From Candidatus Thorarchaeota archaeon (GTDB taxonomy: Archaea; Asgardarchaeota; Thorarchaeia; Thorarchaeales; Thorarchaeaceae): DNA of 64,000 bases. A program made the translations under genes and the position numbers. The stretch is taken from contig DXJO01000020.1 of NCBI GenBank assembly GCA_019057475.1, positions 1 to 64,000 on the forward strand. The letters run 5' to 3'. Positions 20,191 to 31,272 of the stretch are shown in pieces (position 1 is the first letter of the stretch; each line of letters starts with the position of its first letter). Below the pieces are notes generated by a model. The model worked only from the letters and a program-made list of their open reading frames with translations, had not been told where the DNA came from and did no database searches.

Positions 20191-21255
20191 GTGCCAATGA
20201 CTACTGACTTGATTTATCATGAAACGTTCATGAAGCATATCCTCTCCCCTGGACATCCTGAAAGTCCTGAGAGATTGAAAGTTGCTTTGGAACGCATTGG
20301 CAGCACAAGACTTGTTGAGAGCTCAAAGGTCACCATTGTGAAACCAGAAAAGGCGGACCTGAGCGAAGTGCTCGCTCTGCACGGTGATGACTATATCCAA
20401 GAACTGCGTGCGAAATCAGAGAAAGGCGGGGGATCCTTCACAATGGACACATCTGCCAATAGATACACGTATGATGCGGCTCTACTAGCTGCAGGTGGGG
20501 GCATACTGGCAGTAGACAGAATTCAGGACGGTGTGTCTGAGAATGCGTATGTTCTCTGTCGACCTCCAGGACATCATGCTGAGCATTCGAAAGCATTTGG
20601 GTTCTGTTTCATCAATAATATCGCAGTAGCTGCTCAGCACCTCATAGAGAAACAGAACCTTGAACGTGTGCTAATAGTGGACTATGATGCCCATCATGGG
20701 AATGGGACACAGAGCGCCTTCTATTCTAGCAATCGTGTGCTATACATTGGACTGCACCAAGATGGGAGAACCTTGTTCCCGGGCTCTGGATTCCCCAATG
20801 AAATAGGTTCAGGAAAAGGCGAGGGATACAATGTGAATCTGGCAATGTATCCTGGAGCTGGAAACCAATCTTATGAGATGGCATTTCAAAGGGTTGTCGA
20901 GCCAATAGCCGCCTCATTCAATCCAGAGTTCATCCTCGTTTCAGTGGGCTTTGACGGGCACTTCAGTGACCCGCTCACGTCTTTGGGCTTAACTACATCA
21001 GGACTCTCAACGATGAATGCAAAGCTTCATGCTATGGCAAGGAAACACTCACGCGGACGACTTGCGTTCTTTCTTGAGGGGGGATATAATCTTGACATTG
21101 TCGGAAGGGGCTCACAGAATCTGGTGGAACAGCTTGCAGGAGTCCAAATTACACGCTTTGAAGATAGTCATATGGAGAGCGAGAATTGCACCGAGTATAC
21201 CAAGGCCCTGGTGGATGGCATGGATGGGATGCTGGGCGGAGTATGGAAACTTTAG
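20191..21255 (+). CDS. Zn-dependent histone deacetylase/AcuC family protein
   Basis: GHPESPERL, RPPGHHA, GFCFINN, DYDAHHGNGTQ, GFDGH..DPL, LEGGY. Confidence 0.94.
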   Translation: MPMTTDLIYHETFMKHILSPGHPESPERLKVALERIGSTRLVESSKVTIVKPEKADLSEVLALHGDDYIQELRAKSEKGGGSFTMDTSANRYTYDAALLAAGGGILAVDRIQDGVSENAYVLCRPPGHHAEHSKAFGFCFINNIAVAAQHLIEKQNLERVLIVDYDAHHGNGTQSAFYSSNRVLYIGLHQDGRTLFPGSGFPNEIGSGKGEGYNVNLAMYPGAGNQSYEMAFQRVVEPIAASFNPEFILVSVGFDGHFSDPLTSLGLTTSGLSTMNAKLHAMARKHSRGRLAFFLEGGYNLDIVGRGSQNLVEQLAGVQITRFEDSHMESENCTEYTKALVDGMDGMLGGVWKL

Positions 21256-23537
21256 TCATCAGAGGATTTGAAGTCCTCTAATAAAGTCTGCATTGGACCT
21301 AAGTCGCCTTCATTGTCTGAGGGAGCCTGGGTAGGCTGGCCCATTGTGTCAACCTCAATGCCCAGTTGTTTCTTGATTGAAGTCGCCACACCGGTGCCTA
21401 TCGTTGGCACACGTGCAATCTCCTCAAGGGATGTATGATACAGATCAGCCATTGCACGCAGTCCATGGGTATATAGCATTCTTCCTCTGATGCGCCCAAC
21501 TCCTCTGAGCGTAACAAGTTCAAGTAGCTCCTGACGCACCCCATATTTCATTCTCGAATGGAGTGTATGCAGAATCGGCACATGATGAGTTGCCCCTGTG
21601 ACTCTAGCAATCTCTGATGCAGAATAAAGCAGCCATCCAGCAGTTTGGATGTAGCGACGAACGTCGCCTACGCCGACACTATAGTCCTCAGTAATATCTC
21701 TCTCCGACCGCTCCGAGAGCCAATCTTGCAACATACGAGCTGTTTTGACTTGGGCTAGAAATGAAGAGTAGGCATCTCCGTCTTCCCAGCTGTCTGGCGG
21801 GTCTATGAGAAAGTCGTCAAGGTGACCTTCGAGATAGTATTCATAATCCTCAATCTCAGAACGGGCTACATAAGTGGTAGGCTGATCTGGAGTGTGGCAG
21901 ATGAGGTGAAGCACTCCAATCGATGAGAGAGTCTGTGATTCAGAGAGAGCATCTCGAAACAGGATGGCCGTGTATGGATCTATGTACAATTTAGAAGCTC
22001 TCTGGCCCAAAGGAGTAGCCACCAGTGTTCCGTTCTCATTACACTCAAGCAGGCCGCCATTCTCAAGGAAAGATAAAGCAGCTGAGATATGATCTTCAAT
22101 TTCCCAGCCTTCAAATTGAGATGAAAAGAAAGTGCCATTAATCAGATCATCTATCTCATCACGGTTATGGGTCATCTCCGCGGCAACTGAGGCCAGCAGA
22201 TGAGAGCGTAATGCAGAGGGAGAAGCCAACTTGGAAGTGATTGATTCGGGTTCTGAGAGCACATAATGGCCCATCAGAGACTCCTGTTCTTGCTCAGTTT
22301 TCGCGATTAGTATTGCCTCACCATACTTGTCGTACTTAGGTCGTCCTGCACGACCTGCCATCTGTTTGTATTCAAGTATGGGAATTGTATAGCGTCCTCG
22401 ATTTTTTTCAAAACGATGATAGTCGCGTAGTATTACTCGTCTTGCAGGCAAGTTTACGCCAGCTGCGAGTGTGGGGGTGGCAACGATTACCTTCAACTGG
22501 TCCTTCTTGAAGCATTCCTCAACATGAGTGCGCTCGCGATTCGCCAGACCAGCATGGTGAAACGCCACACCCATACTCATAACTCGAGCAAGAGTCTTGG
22601 ACGATTCAGGAACTGACTCGCCACCCCCGATTCGACGAGCTACTCTGGAGAGTTCTGTAAGTGTATCTTTGGCAACGTATGGACGTACACTGGACGCTAG
22701 TTTCTTAGCGACTGATACTGTGGACCTTCGGCTTGATACAAACACCAAAACCTGGCCTTCCTCATCAAGGATGTCACAAACAAGATCAGTTAATTCCTCT
22801 CTGCGGGCTCGCTTAATTCCCCTCGTTGATCCATCATTGAACAGTATTGTGCCATCGAGTAGGACTCCTTCGCGTAATGGTACAGGACGCCAATCGCTTT
22901 TCACAAGTTCTGCATCCAGCCAGTCAGCTATCTCTCCAGCATTTGATATTGTGGCGCTCAACGCTACAATCTGAATCCCCGGGATTATTTGCAATAGCTT
23001 CGCCAGTACCATTTCAACTGTGGGGCCCCTTGACGGGTCATTCACGAGATGGACCTCGTCAACCGTAATGATTCCGATTTCACTCAACCAATTTGTGCCA
23101 TGACGAATGAGTGAATCAGCCCTTTCTGTTGTCAGTATGACAATGTCCGCTTCACGCAAACGTGTACCTGGCGAGTCATAATCTCCCACTGACATCGCTG
23201 TCGTGATTCCAAGCTGCTCGTATTTCTTAAACTCAACATACTTTTCATGGGCAAGAGAACGTAATGGGACTAGATAGAGAGCCTTGCCTTTCCCCTCCAA
23301 AATGGTCTTGAGCATGCAGATCTCAGCAACAAGTGTCTTTCCTGAGCTTGTGGGGATTGCAAGCACGAGGTTTTTACCTTCAAGTACACCCGTTTCAAAA
23401 GCATGTTCTTGAGGGGGAAAGAGCTTGCTTATGCCGAAACTGTGAAGAAGATCGATGATCTTCCGATTGATTGGGAGGCTTTCCAAGGTCTTTTTCTTCC
23501 TTGTCATTGGGACACCTGTTGTGACTTCTGTGTTCAA
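21252..23537 (-). CDS. hel308: Ski2-like SF2 DNA helicase Hel308/Hjm
   Basis: PTSSGKT, DEVH, SAT, QMAGRAGRP, C-terminal HhH GVGRIRGR. Confidence 0.95.
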   Translation of the reverse strand: MNTEVTTGVPMTRKKKTLESLPINRKIIDLLHSFGISKLFPPQEHAFETGVLEGKNLVLAIPTSSGKTLVAEICMLKTILEGKGKALYLVPLRSLAHEKYVEFKKYEQLGITTAMSVGDYDSPGTRLREADIVILTTERADSLIRHGTNWLSEIGIITVDEVHLVNDPSRGPTVEMVLAKLLQIIPGIQIVALSATISNAGEIADWLDAELVKSDWRPVPLREGVLLDGTILFNDGSTRGIKRARREELTDLVCDILDEEGQVLVFVSSRRSTVSVAKKLASSVRPYVAKDTLTELSRVARRIGGGESVPESSKTLARVMSMGVAFHHAGLANRERTHVEECFKKDQLKVIVATPTLAAGVNLPARRVILRDYHRFEKNRGRYTIPILEYKQMAGRAGRPKYDKYGEAILIAKTEQEQESLMGHYVLSEPESITSKLASPSALRSHLLASVAAEMTHNRDEIDDLINGTFFSSQFEGWEIEDHISAALSFLENGGLLECNENGTLVATPLGQRASKLYIDPYTAILFRDALSESQTLSSIGVLHLICHTPDQPTTYVARSEIEDYEYYLEGHLDDFLIDPPDSWEDGDAYSSFLAQVKTARMLQDWLSERSERDITEDYSVGVGDVRRYIQTAGWLLYSASEIARVTGATHHVPILHTLHSRMKYGVRQELLELVTLRGVGRIRGRMLYTHGLRAMADLYHTSLEEIARVPTIGTGVATSIKKQLGIEVDTMGQPTQAPSDNEGDLGPMQTLLEDFKSSDD

Positions 23538-25630
23538 CTCTGGGCCCGTCTAACCTTGCCTTCCCTAGGGTGAAAGAGAATGCCTTCTGCAACTAGTTTT
23601 TTAATTACTTGTTCCGCTCTATCGCGGGGGAGACCCATTGATTGCACTCGTTGAAGCAGCGCCTCTTCATCGACAGTGGACGTTCCTTCAGATTCCAAGT
23701 CTTTCATCACTTTGAGGATAATATCAGAAGAACTACGCTGGGCTGCGCTCATTTTTGATACTAGACGGTCTATGTCGATTTTGCCAGTGATACTATCGAG
23801 TGCAACCATTCGCAGCGACTCCTCCATTAGTCGTACTGCAGCTTGCGCATCTTCCTTGCTCACCTTAGACCTCAGCGCCATCCGAGCTCTTGACTCAGCA
23901 AGACGAACCAAGGACTCCAGCTGACGTGCAGTTATGGGAACAGGTGCTGCACCACCCTCAGCAGTCTTTCGAAGGTCAACATAGAAGTTCTCAATCACTT
24001 CTGCGGCTTCAGAAGTGAGTTGAGGCACAACGTATCGATTGGCATAGCCAATGTATTTCTTCAGGAATTCAGGTGGAAGTGGCGGCGTTGCAGACTTGGT
24101 TGATGGCTTCTTCTTCTGATGCAAACTAAGAATGAACTGTGCCAGCTCTCGGTCTTTGGTTGCTTCCACTGTATCAACCATAATCCAAAGCAGGTCAAAC
24201 CTTGAGAGGATTGTGAATGGGAGCCGTATATTGTCTTGTACAGAGAGCGAGGGTTCATACCTGCCAAGTGTTGGATTTGCTGCTGCCAATATTGATGTTC
24301 TTGCATTCAATGTTGCTATGATTCCAGCCTTCGCGATACTGACTGTGTGTTGTTCCATGGCCTCATGAATTGCATTCCTGTCATTCGGGTCCATTTTGTC
24401 AAACTCGTCGATACATGCAATTCCTTGGTCAGCCAATACTAATGCTCCTGCTTCCAGAGTCATGGCACCTGTTTCGGTATCATGGAGTACTGCAGCAGTA
24501 AGACCTGCAGCAGTAGTACCTTTGCCAGAAGTGTACAACGCTCGTGCAGCCAAACCTGAAACGAACTTGAGAATCTGACTCTTCCCGGTACCAGGGTCTC
24601 CAATCATCAGAATGTTTGATTTACCTCTGAGTCGGGTGCCGTCTGGCAGCTGTTTCGCAACTCCGCCAAAGAGAAGAAGTGCAATTGACTCCTTAATTTG
24701 TTCGTGACCATGAATGGAGGGTGCAATTGAAGCGTATATCCGCTCGTGAACATACTGATCTTCCGCCAGCTCCCGTATCTTCTTCTCATCCTCCTCAGAG
24801 ATTTCCAACTGCTCGTATTCTTTCTCTGTAATCTCTACCCCGTTTGCATCGATGAATACATTGAACGTTGCCAGTCTGCTGCCACGTCTGGTGAAATCGG
24901 GTGTTGTTTCAAGAAGCCCTGTTACTTTTACGAAATCGCCCGGTCTTGATATGTCAACGATGTCACCTTCAAGAATAACATCAACGGATCGCGGCATCTG
25001 TCCTGGAGGTAGCTCCTCGGGGGATTCCTGAATTCTCACCTTTTGCCAATCGATGAAATGGGATAGTTCTGGGATAAGTCTCATAGCTGTCTTCTTTCCG
25101 CAAACAGGACAAAGTGCCGGTTCTGTGTATCTTCCGTCCTCTTGAGTCTGAGGGATATCCCCGCCACAGATGCGACATCTGAACATTGCTTCAACTAGAA
25201 GCGGCTTGACTATGCTCGCCCGCATCATGATGCCACTGATGTGTAACAGTCGTCCGATATGTTTTGAACGAATAGCTCTGAGCGGAATATGCTCAGGATA
25301 ATCAATGATTCGAACTTTCAGCAGATTTGTGTCGATTGCGCTAACATACTCTGGGTCCTCGATTTTCAAAACTGAAACCAAGGCGCCATCAATCATCTTC
25401 AAGAATTGCGCAGGATTCTCTGTGGCCAGCATTATGAATACACTGTCAAAGCTGGCCAAATCTTGAAAGCTTACAACAATTGAAGTTTCGTCGTTAATCG
25501 ACATTTGTTGTAAACGTGACCAATAAACAAGCTTACCTACCTCATCCTTGTAGGTGCGAAGGAACTCTTCGAATCGTTCTTGTGGACCTTCATCATTAAG
25601 CCCTGACATCAGATTGCGCCTCGAAGTCAT
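23534..25630 (-). CDS. mcm: Replicative helicase MCM
   Basis: C4 Zn finger, GDPGTGKSQ, IDEFDKM, SRFD; no intein. Confidence 0.97.
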   Translation of the reverse strand: MTSRRNLMSGLNDEGPQERFEEFLRTYKDEVGKLVYWSRLQQMSINDETSIVVSFQDLASFDSVFIMLATENPAQFLKMIDGALVSVLKIEDPEYVSAIDTNLLKVRIIDYPEHIPLRAIRSKHIGRLLHISGIMMRASIVKPLLVEAMFRCRICGGDIPQTQEDGRYTEPALCPVCGKKTAMRLIPELSHFIDWQKVRIQESPEELPPGQMPRSVDVILEGDIVDISRPGDFVKVTGLLETTPDFTRRGSRLATFNVFIDANGVEITEKEYEQLEISEEDEKKIRELAEDQYVHERIYASIAPSIHGHEQIKESIALLLFGGVAKQLPDGTRLRGKSNILMIGDPGTGKSQILKFVSGLAARALYTSGKGTTAAGLTAAVLHDTETGAMTLEAGALVLADQGIACIDEFDKMDPNDRNAIHEAMEQHTVSIAKAGIIATLNARTSILAAANPTLGRYEPSLSVQDNIRLPFTILSRFDLLWIMVDTVEATKDRELAQFILSLHQKKKPSTKSATPPLPPEFLKKYIGYANRYVVPQLTSEAAEVIENFYVDLRKTAEGGAAPVPITARQLESLVRLAESRARMALRSKVSKEDAQAAVRLMEESLRMVALDSITGKIDIDRLVSKMSAAQRSSSDIILKVMKDLESEGTSTVDEEALLQRVQSMGLPRDRAEQVIKKLVAEGILFHPREGKVRRAQS

Positions 25631-25720
25631 TGCACGAAAGGGAGATTCGGCCGAGCATCTGCTCAGCCCTCATCGTTAAGTCCATTGGAATTGTATTTAA
25701 GCTCCTGTATTTCATGGGGT

Positions 25721-26305
25721 CTATTCCATTACTTTTGTGCGCCAAACAGAGAGTAGCTCTGCGATCTCCTCACACAACCATCGTTCTTCATTTGTCATTT
25801 GCTTCCTTTTTTCCTGATATGCACCCGATTTGGCCACGCGGATTATTTTGGAAAGTCGAGTTTCTACTAAGAACGGAATCATGCGCTGCATCCTCTCAAT
25901 TTCCTCGTATCTGCGTGGGTCCATTGAGGTCCTGTCCTCTTGGAGTCGAAGCATCTTGCGGTTGAGCGCGGCATACAAAAACGGATGAAATGTCTGAAGC
26001 TTGTGAGGCTGTTTCTCCTCCTCCCGATGAAGATTCAGGAGGCGTCTCAATGATTCGTAGGCATCTTCAGGAGCTATGTTAGCCAATCCATGTGTCACGA
26101 GTTGCTCTATAACCCAATTCGGTAGATTTGCTTGCTCACCGGATTGAAAGGGGCCCAGTTTTTGGCCTCCGATTATTAGCTCTGGGGCTTGTTCTTTGAA
26201 TGTGCATGTTCGAGAGTCATTCATGAACAACATTCTGAAGCGGTCAATAACTTCTGTAGATTCGCTTTGGACCTTCATGATGGTTGCACCACACGCAATT
26301 TGCAT
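25721..26305 (-). CDS. gins23: GINS complex subunit Gins23 (B-A domain order)
   Basis: N-terminal GPF..G...LP.W...L...G B-domain, RLSKI, MT.EE; upstream of mcm. Confidence 0.82.
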   Translation of the reverse strand: MQIACGATIMKVQSESTEVIDRFRMLFMNDSRTCTFKEQAPELIIGGQKLGPFQSGEQANLPNWVIEQLVTHGLANIAPEDAYESLRRLLNLHREEEKQPHKLQTFHPFLYAALNRKMLRLQEDRTSMDPRRYEEIERMQRMIPFLVETRLSKIIRVAKSGAYQEKRKQMTNEERWLCEEIAELLSVWRTKVME

Positions 26306-26528
26306 TCCAATGTGATAAAGACATTGCTGTAAAATGGCTCTGGAATTGTGACAAAGAAAAGCTTGTTTGCATGAGGATGTCAGACTAGTTGCAGTTCATA
26401 AGAATAGGAAACGTAATAGAGTTGCCAAGACTCTCCGGTGAATCTTTTAAGGGTCTGACAGAGTGTGTCTATCACTCCTCTCTACAGAAAGTAGGAATTT
26501 CAACTTCGTATTCGGGAAGGGATTTTGA

Positions 26529-27473
26529 ATGGATGTCGATCTATGGACTGAAAAATACCGCCCTCAGACACTGAATGATATCATCGGGCAAGAGCCTGTG
26601 GTCGATAGGTTAGTCAGATTCGTTAAGGCAAAAGCGGTACCTCACTGTCTATTCGCAGGTCCCCCTGGGACCAGTAAGACCACTGCAGTCATGGCAATGG
26701 CAAGAGATCTCTTTGGCGATTCCTTTGATAGTAACTTTATGGAACTGAATGCGAGTGATGAAAGGGGCATCGATGTTGTGAGGAATCAAATTAAGAACTT
26801 CGCAAGGGCAATGCCAGCTGGTGATGCCCCATTCAGGATTCTTGCCTTAGATGAGGCTGATCATCTGACTAGTGATGCCCAACACGCTCTAAGACGAACC
26901 ATGGAGTCATACGCGGCATCCTGTAGAATGATTCTGCTATGCAACTACTCAAGCCGGATAATTCCGCCAATTCAATCAAGATGTGTCATCTTCAAGTTCG
27001 CTCGACTTAGCGATGAAGCGATGTTAGGGAGATTGAAATACATCGCAAAGGCAGAAGGAGTCCAGCTAGGCACTAAGGGAATTGATGCGATTCTCTATCT
27101 TTCCAAGGGTGATATGAGAGCTGCAATCAATTTGTTGCAGGCATCAGCATCTACCGGTGAGAAAGTCACCGACGATGTTATCTATGCCATTTCTGGACGA
27201 GCTGATCCTGAGAGAATCAGGAGTATGCTGAGTGCGTCCCGGGAGAAAAGATATCATGAGGCTCTTGATATCTTGAAGGACCTGACGTATCATCAGGGCG
27301 TTTCACCCGTAGATTTGGTTCAACAAATTCACCGAGAAGTACTATCGTCCGAACTCCCTGAGCAAAGAAAAATGAATGTGCTAGAAAGGACTGCAGAGGC
27401 AGAGTTTAGAATATCAGAGGGAGCAGATGGGGAAATTCAGCTGACTGCATTACTTGCCTTTATGGGGCTGTGA
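26529..27473 (+). CDS. rfcS: Replication factor C small subunit
   Basis: WTEKYRP, GPPGTSKT, ELNASDERG, DEAD, QSRC. Confidence 0.96.
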   Translation: MDVDLWTEKYRPQTLNDIIGQEPVVDRLVRFVKAKAVPHCLFAGPPGTSKTTAVMAMARDLFGDSFDSNFMELNASDERGIDVVRNQIKNFARAMPAGDAPFRILALDEADHLTSDAQHALRRTMESYAASCRMILLCNYSSRIIPPIQSRCVIFKFARLSDEAMLGRLKYIAKAEGVQLGTKGIDAILYLSKGDMRAAINLLQASASTGEKVTDDVIYAISGRADPERIRSMLSASREKRYHEALDILKDLTYHQGVSPVDLVQQIHREVLSSELPEQRKMNVLERTAEAEFRISEGADGEIQLTALLAFMGL

Positions 27474-27479
27474 CAGAAC

Positions 27480-28700
27480 GTGAGCAGAGAAAGCCTTCCA
27501 TGGCCGGAGAGATACAGGCCAAGAAGCCTGGAGCAGCTTGTAGGGAACACGGACACAATTCGCACGCTGAGGGAGTGGATATCATCTTGGAGAAGAGAAA
27601 TTCCGAAGAAAAAGGCAATACTCCTTATCGGTCCGCCGGGAGTAGGAAAGACAGCATCCATTGGTGCATTGAGCCACGACCTAGACATGGAACTAGTTGA
27701 ATTCAATGCAAGTGATAAGCGCAACAAGGGGAGCATAGAAACAACTGTTTGGATAGCTGCCACGCAGCAGACTCTAGATGGACGCCTGAGGATAATTATG
27801 CTAGACGAAGTGGATGGGCTTTCGGGGACAAGTGATCGAGGAGGAGTTGGCGCAATATTGAATGTAATCGCAGAGTCTGTACATCCAATTGTGATGACAG
27901 CGAATAATCCTAGTAGTCCCCGTTTGAAAGACCTTAGAAAAAACTCTCTTGTTTTGGTCTTTGAACCTCTAGAACCCAGTAATGTTATGGGTGTGTTGAA
28001 GCGTATAGCTGATAGCCAAGATGCACTTGTGAAAGATAAGATTCTAGAGGAGATAGCAGAACGCTCTGCTGGAGACCTTCGTGCTGCAATATCAGACTTG
28101 GAAGCTATCCTGAGAGGAGGATTTCCTCTAGAGGGAGAACTTCCCTCACGGGACATCAAGCGCAATGTGAAGGAGGCACTTAGTCGACTCTTCATGACTA
28201 CTGACTCAGTTGCAGCACGGAGAGTTGTGTCTGAGGCTGATGTCGATCATGAGAGTTTACTGCTGTGGCTTGAGCAAAATGTGCATCTTCATCTTAGGAG
28301 TACCAAAGAATTGGAGATGGGATTTGAGGCGCTATCTCTCGGAGACCTCACTCTGGGACGAATAATGCGAAAGCAGAACTGGAAACTGCTCTCCTACGTC
28401 TATGACTTCCTCTCTGCAGGAGTAGCAACAAGTCGACAAGAATCGCCATTTCGACATGTTGATTATACTGAACCCAATTGGCCATTGATGGTCTGGCAAG
28501 GAAACAGAAAGCGGGAGAAAAAGACGCAAATTCTCACGAAACTTGCGAAATTCACGGGGGTTTCAGTTAGAAGAGGCGCTCGCACTCATCAGGATACAAT
28601 TGAGAGAATACTTGAGCGAGAACCGAAGCTGAAAGGAGCCTTTACCAGCTGGTTGGGAATCAAGAGCGTTGCCTTCGATCGGAGTCGAAGCGCTCGGTAA
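27480..28700 (+). CDS. rfcL: Replication factor C large subunit
   Basis: WPERYRP, GPPGVGKT, EFNASDKR, LDEVDG, GDLRAAI. Confidence 0.93.
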   Translation: MSRESLPWPERYRPRSLEQLVGNTDTIRTLREWISSWRREIPKKKAILLIGPPGVGKTASIGALSHDLDMELVEFNASDKRNKGSIETTVWIAATQQTLDGRLRIIMLDEVDGLSGTSDRGGVGAILNVIAESVHPIVMTANNPSSPRLKDLRKNSLVLVFEPLEPSNVMGVLKRIADSQDALVKDKILEEIAERSAGDLRAAISDLEAILRGGFPLEGELPSRDIKRNVKEALSRLFMTTDSVAARRVVSEADVDHESLLLWLEQNVHLHLRSTKELEMGFEALSLGDLTLGRIMRKQNWKLLSYVYDFLSAGVATSRQESPFRHVDYTEPNWPLMVWQGNRKREKKTQILTKLAKFTGVSVRRGARTHQDTIERILEREPKLKGAFTSWLGIKSVAFDRSRSAR

Positions 28701-29490
28701 GAGCAGAAAGAATCATTGTAGATCTGTGAAGATAACCAAGTCGTCTTGCGAGTTCCTTTTGCATTCTTCGTCTACCGTATTTGCTCACGTTCATACGAAT
28801 CGGCACTACTACATCCAACAGAACAAGACTCTCTGGAGGAGAGGGGTTGATTCCCCCGGGAAGTACGTTGGTCTGTTCCAAGAGCTTGCGTACTGCGTTC
28901 AGCTGAAGCTCGCCACTCCCAATCCAGGTCAGTAGAGAAACTATCTTTCGAACAAGTTTCCAGAGAAAACTGATGCCAAAGACATCGATCGAGAGGGTCC
29001 CGTTTGATGCTTTTAGGCCTATATTCAGGATTGTGGCGGAAGATCCACGGTTTCCATCAGGCTTTGACAACAATGAGAAATTGTGTGACCCCGTTAGGAG
29101 TTGTGTAGCTTGTTTCATCAAGGAAAGGTCAAGATTGAGTTCAGTGGTGTCAAGATAGTACCTGTAATGTCGCATGAGTATACTGTAGCGCGGTTTGAAA
29201 TCTTCTGGAACTTTGGCATGTGCCCACAGTCTGATGTCATCTGGTAAGTGCTTGTTTACACCATCAACATCGAAACGCTTGTCCGTCTTGACTAACACTA
29301 TCTGACCGATGCTGTGCACCCCTCTATCAGTCCTGCCAGCAAGCTGAACCGTGGAGGGGGAATGAGTTTCTCCGCTCCATGCAGCTAAGGCATTGATAAG
29401 CTCGCCCTGAACTGTACGTAGACCAGGTTGCCACTGGGACCCATGATATTCATCTCCGAGATAGAAAAGTCGTCCAATGTAAGAGGTCAA
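28660..29490 (-). CDS. truA: tRNA pseudouridine(38-40) synthase
   Basis: YHGSQWQP..RTVQG, AGRTDRGVHS, SFLWKLVRKIV; likely TTG start at 29490. Confidence 0.92.
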   Translation of the reverse strand: MTSYIGRLFYLGDEYHGSQWQPGLRTVQGELINALAAWSGETHSPSTVQLAGRTDRGVHSIGQIVLVKTDKRFDVDGVNKHLPDDIRLWAHAKVPEDFKPRYSILMRHYRYYLDTTELNLDLSLMKQATQLLTGSHNFSLLSKPDGNRGSSATILNIGLKASNGTLSIDVFGISFLWKLVRKIVSLLTWIGSGELQLNAVRKLLEQTNVLPGGINPSPPESLVLLDVVVPIRMNVSKYGRRRMQKELARRLGYLHRSTMILSALTERFDSDRRQRS

Positions 29491-29506
29491 TTGACTCCGG
29501 TCTCCA

Positions 29507-29800
29507 TTATGATTCCCACAAATCGATGAGATTCCTAAGAGAACGGGCACGCATGTCCTCGATGCGATATCTATAGATCTTGATTCGTCCAAAGACCTTC
29601 TCTTCAATAAGGCCTGTTTTCATAAGGACCGTGAGGTGTTGTTTTGTTGAGCTATGATTAAGGCCTACGCGTTTGCATAGTTCTGTGATGTTTAGCTCGC
29701 TTGACGTTGCAAGTTCTTTGATTATCTTAATTCGCCCTCTCGAAGAGAATAGCTCTTCAATAGGAATCTTGGCCTGTGTTTGCAAATCCATAGGGGTCAC
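29507..29800 (-). CDS. Small winged-helix (ArsR-like) protein coupled to cdc6
   Basis: FSSRGRIKII..LNITEL..GLNHS..HL..L..GLIEEK.FGRIKIY. Confidence 0.85.
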   Translation of the reverse strand: MTPMDLQTQAKIPIEELFSSRGRIKIIKELATSSELNITELCKRVGLNHSSTKQHLTVLMKTGLIEEKVFGRIKIYRYRIEDMRARSLRNLIDLWES

Positions 29801-29811
29801 CTCATCGTGGA

Positions 29812-31005
29812 CTATTCTAGCAGTTCCAAAAGAAATCGTTCTAGCATCTCAGCAGGCACGTCAGAAAGGCCAATGAGTGTGGTCTGCCCTCTTTGGCCCG
29901 CTCCAGAGCGCTTTGTATCTACTACACCATGTGCATTAAGGTTTTGAACCCATTCCCAGACTTGCGTGTGTGCCCGTGGCTCTTCGTCATACTCCTCGCA
30001 GACTGCTCGATACATCTCTTCAACCTCCCCCATTGTCACGTAAGCACTCCTAACTTCCTTGAGTTGTCTGGCTGCGGCCAGAAGGACGAGCTTGTTGTGT
30101 ATGGGAAGTGTAGCGAAAATCTCCTTCCGGAGCTCGGGATGTGTGTCAACCTTTGCTTGGCGAGCATAATCGGGAATTACTACTCTGACTCGACTACGAT
30201 CCGCCTGCTTTCCTGCTCGCCACAGTAGTTCGATGGCGTATCTGGCATCTCCATGTTCTGATGCGATGTCAGAAATTACCTGCAGTGTTTCGTCCATTAT
30301 TGTGTCATTCTCGAAAGTAATCTTTACTCTATCTTCCAGAATAGCATAGAGAGCTTCTGAACTGTATCTCTCGAACCGCATAAGATTCCGCTGGAGCGTG
30401 CTCAAAATGCTTGAATCGAGGGTGTCCCTGTCGAGAGGTATGTTTCGTCCTACCGCAATCATGGAAAGTCGTTGTGGCGCATTCAACCGATCATCCATCA
30501 GACGTGTAAGGTCATATAGAATGTTAGCCCCCCTCTGATTGATGAAGTAGTCAAGTTCATCTAGAATCAGGAGCAGATAACAATCCTCTGCGTCTAGGAC
30601 TTCGACTAGCATTTGCAAAAGCTCTTCGGGTGAGTGGCCTCGACGGGGAAATTTCGGCTTAAATTCTCTTAGCATTCGTAAGTATACTAGGTACTCACTC
30701 TTGTTAATCCTGCAGTTGATGTGAAGCTTATGCAGGCGAATTCCGCGTCTCTCGGCAGCTTGAACCATTTGTTCTGTGAAACGTTTCGCAACCGCCGTCT
30801 TGCCTGTCCCGACTGGGCCTTCAATTATGAATCGCTGACTGGTGCGTCCTGGAGATGTTATGAGTGTCTTGAAGCTCTGTGCTAAAGTCCTTAGTTCTTG
30901 TTCTCGATGTGGAAGAGCTTCAGGGACATAATCGATGGACAGAAATTGCTCCGACTTGAATATACTGTGTCGACCTAGTTCTTCCTCAACATAATCGTGG
31001 GGCAT
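29812..31005 (-). CDS. cdc6: Orc1/Cdc6 replication initiator
   Basis: YVPE.LPHRE, GPVGTGKT, ILDELD, GDARYAIELL, C-terminal winged helix (GQRGQTT). Confidence 0.95.
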   Translation of the reverse strand: MPHDYVEEELGRHSIFKSEQFLSIDYVPEALPHREQELRTLAQSFKTLITSPGRTSQRFIIEGPVGTGKTAVAKRFTEQMVQAAERRGIRLHKLHINCRINKSEYLVYLRMLREFKPKFPRRGHSPEELLQMLVEVLDAEDCYLLLILDELDYFINQRGANILYDLTRLMDDRLNAPQRLSMIAVGRNIPLDRDTLDSSILSTLQRNLMRFERYSSEALYAILEDRVKITFENDTIMDETLQVISDIASEHGDARYAIELLWRAGKQADRSRVRVVIPDYARQAKVDTHPELRKEIFATLPIHNKLVLLAAARQLKEVRSAYVTMGEVEEMYRAVCEEYDEEPRAHTQVWEWVQNLNAHGVVDTKRSGAGQRGQTTLIGLSDVPAEMLERFLLELLE

Positions 31006-31272
31006 CTCGTTGTTTGCTCACTTACGGATGCATAAAAACATTATGTGCAGTGTGCGATTAAATGCACACTGACGGCAGAGGTTGCCGAAAGTAATTGTGG
31101 CGAGCTCCTCACTCAAGATCCATATCATCGTCATGTTTGACTCATCGGGGTCATAGCAATCATCACTCGCCAGGGATAGATTCATCGCATTGCCCTTAAA
31201 CTTGACTGCAGGAGTATGACATGGCATGTGCAAATGGTGGCCTACCTGGGGCGGGATATAAGAACAAAAGTG

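Noticed and set aside
31006-31272. Replication origin beside cdc6
   Set aside because: No ORB-like sequence or AT-rich tract found by eye
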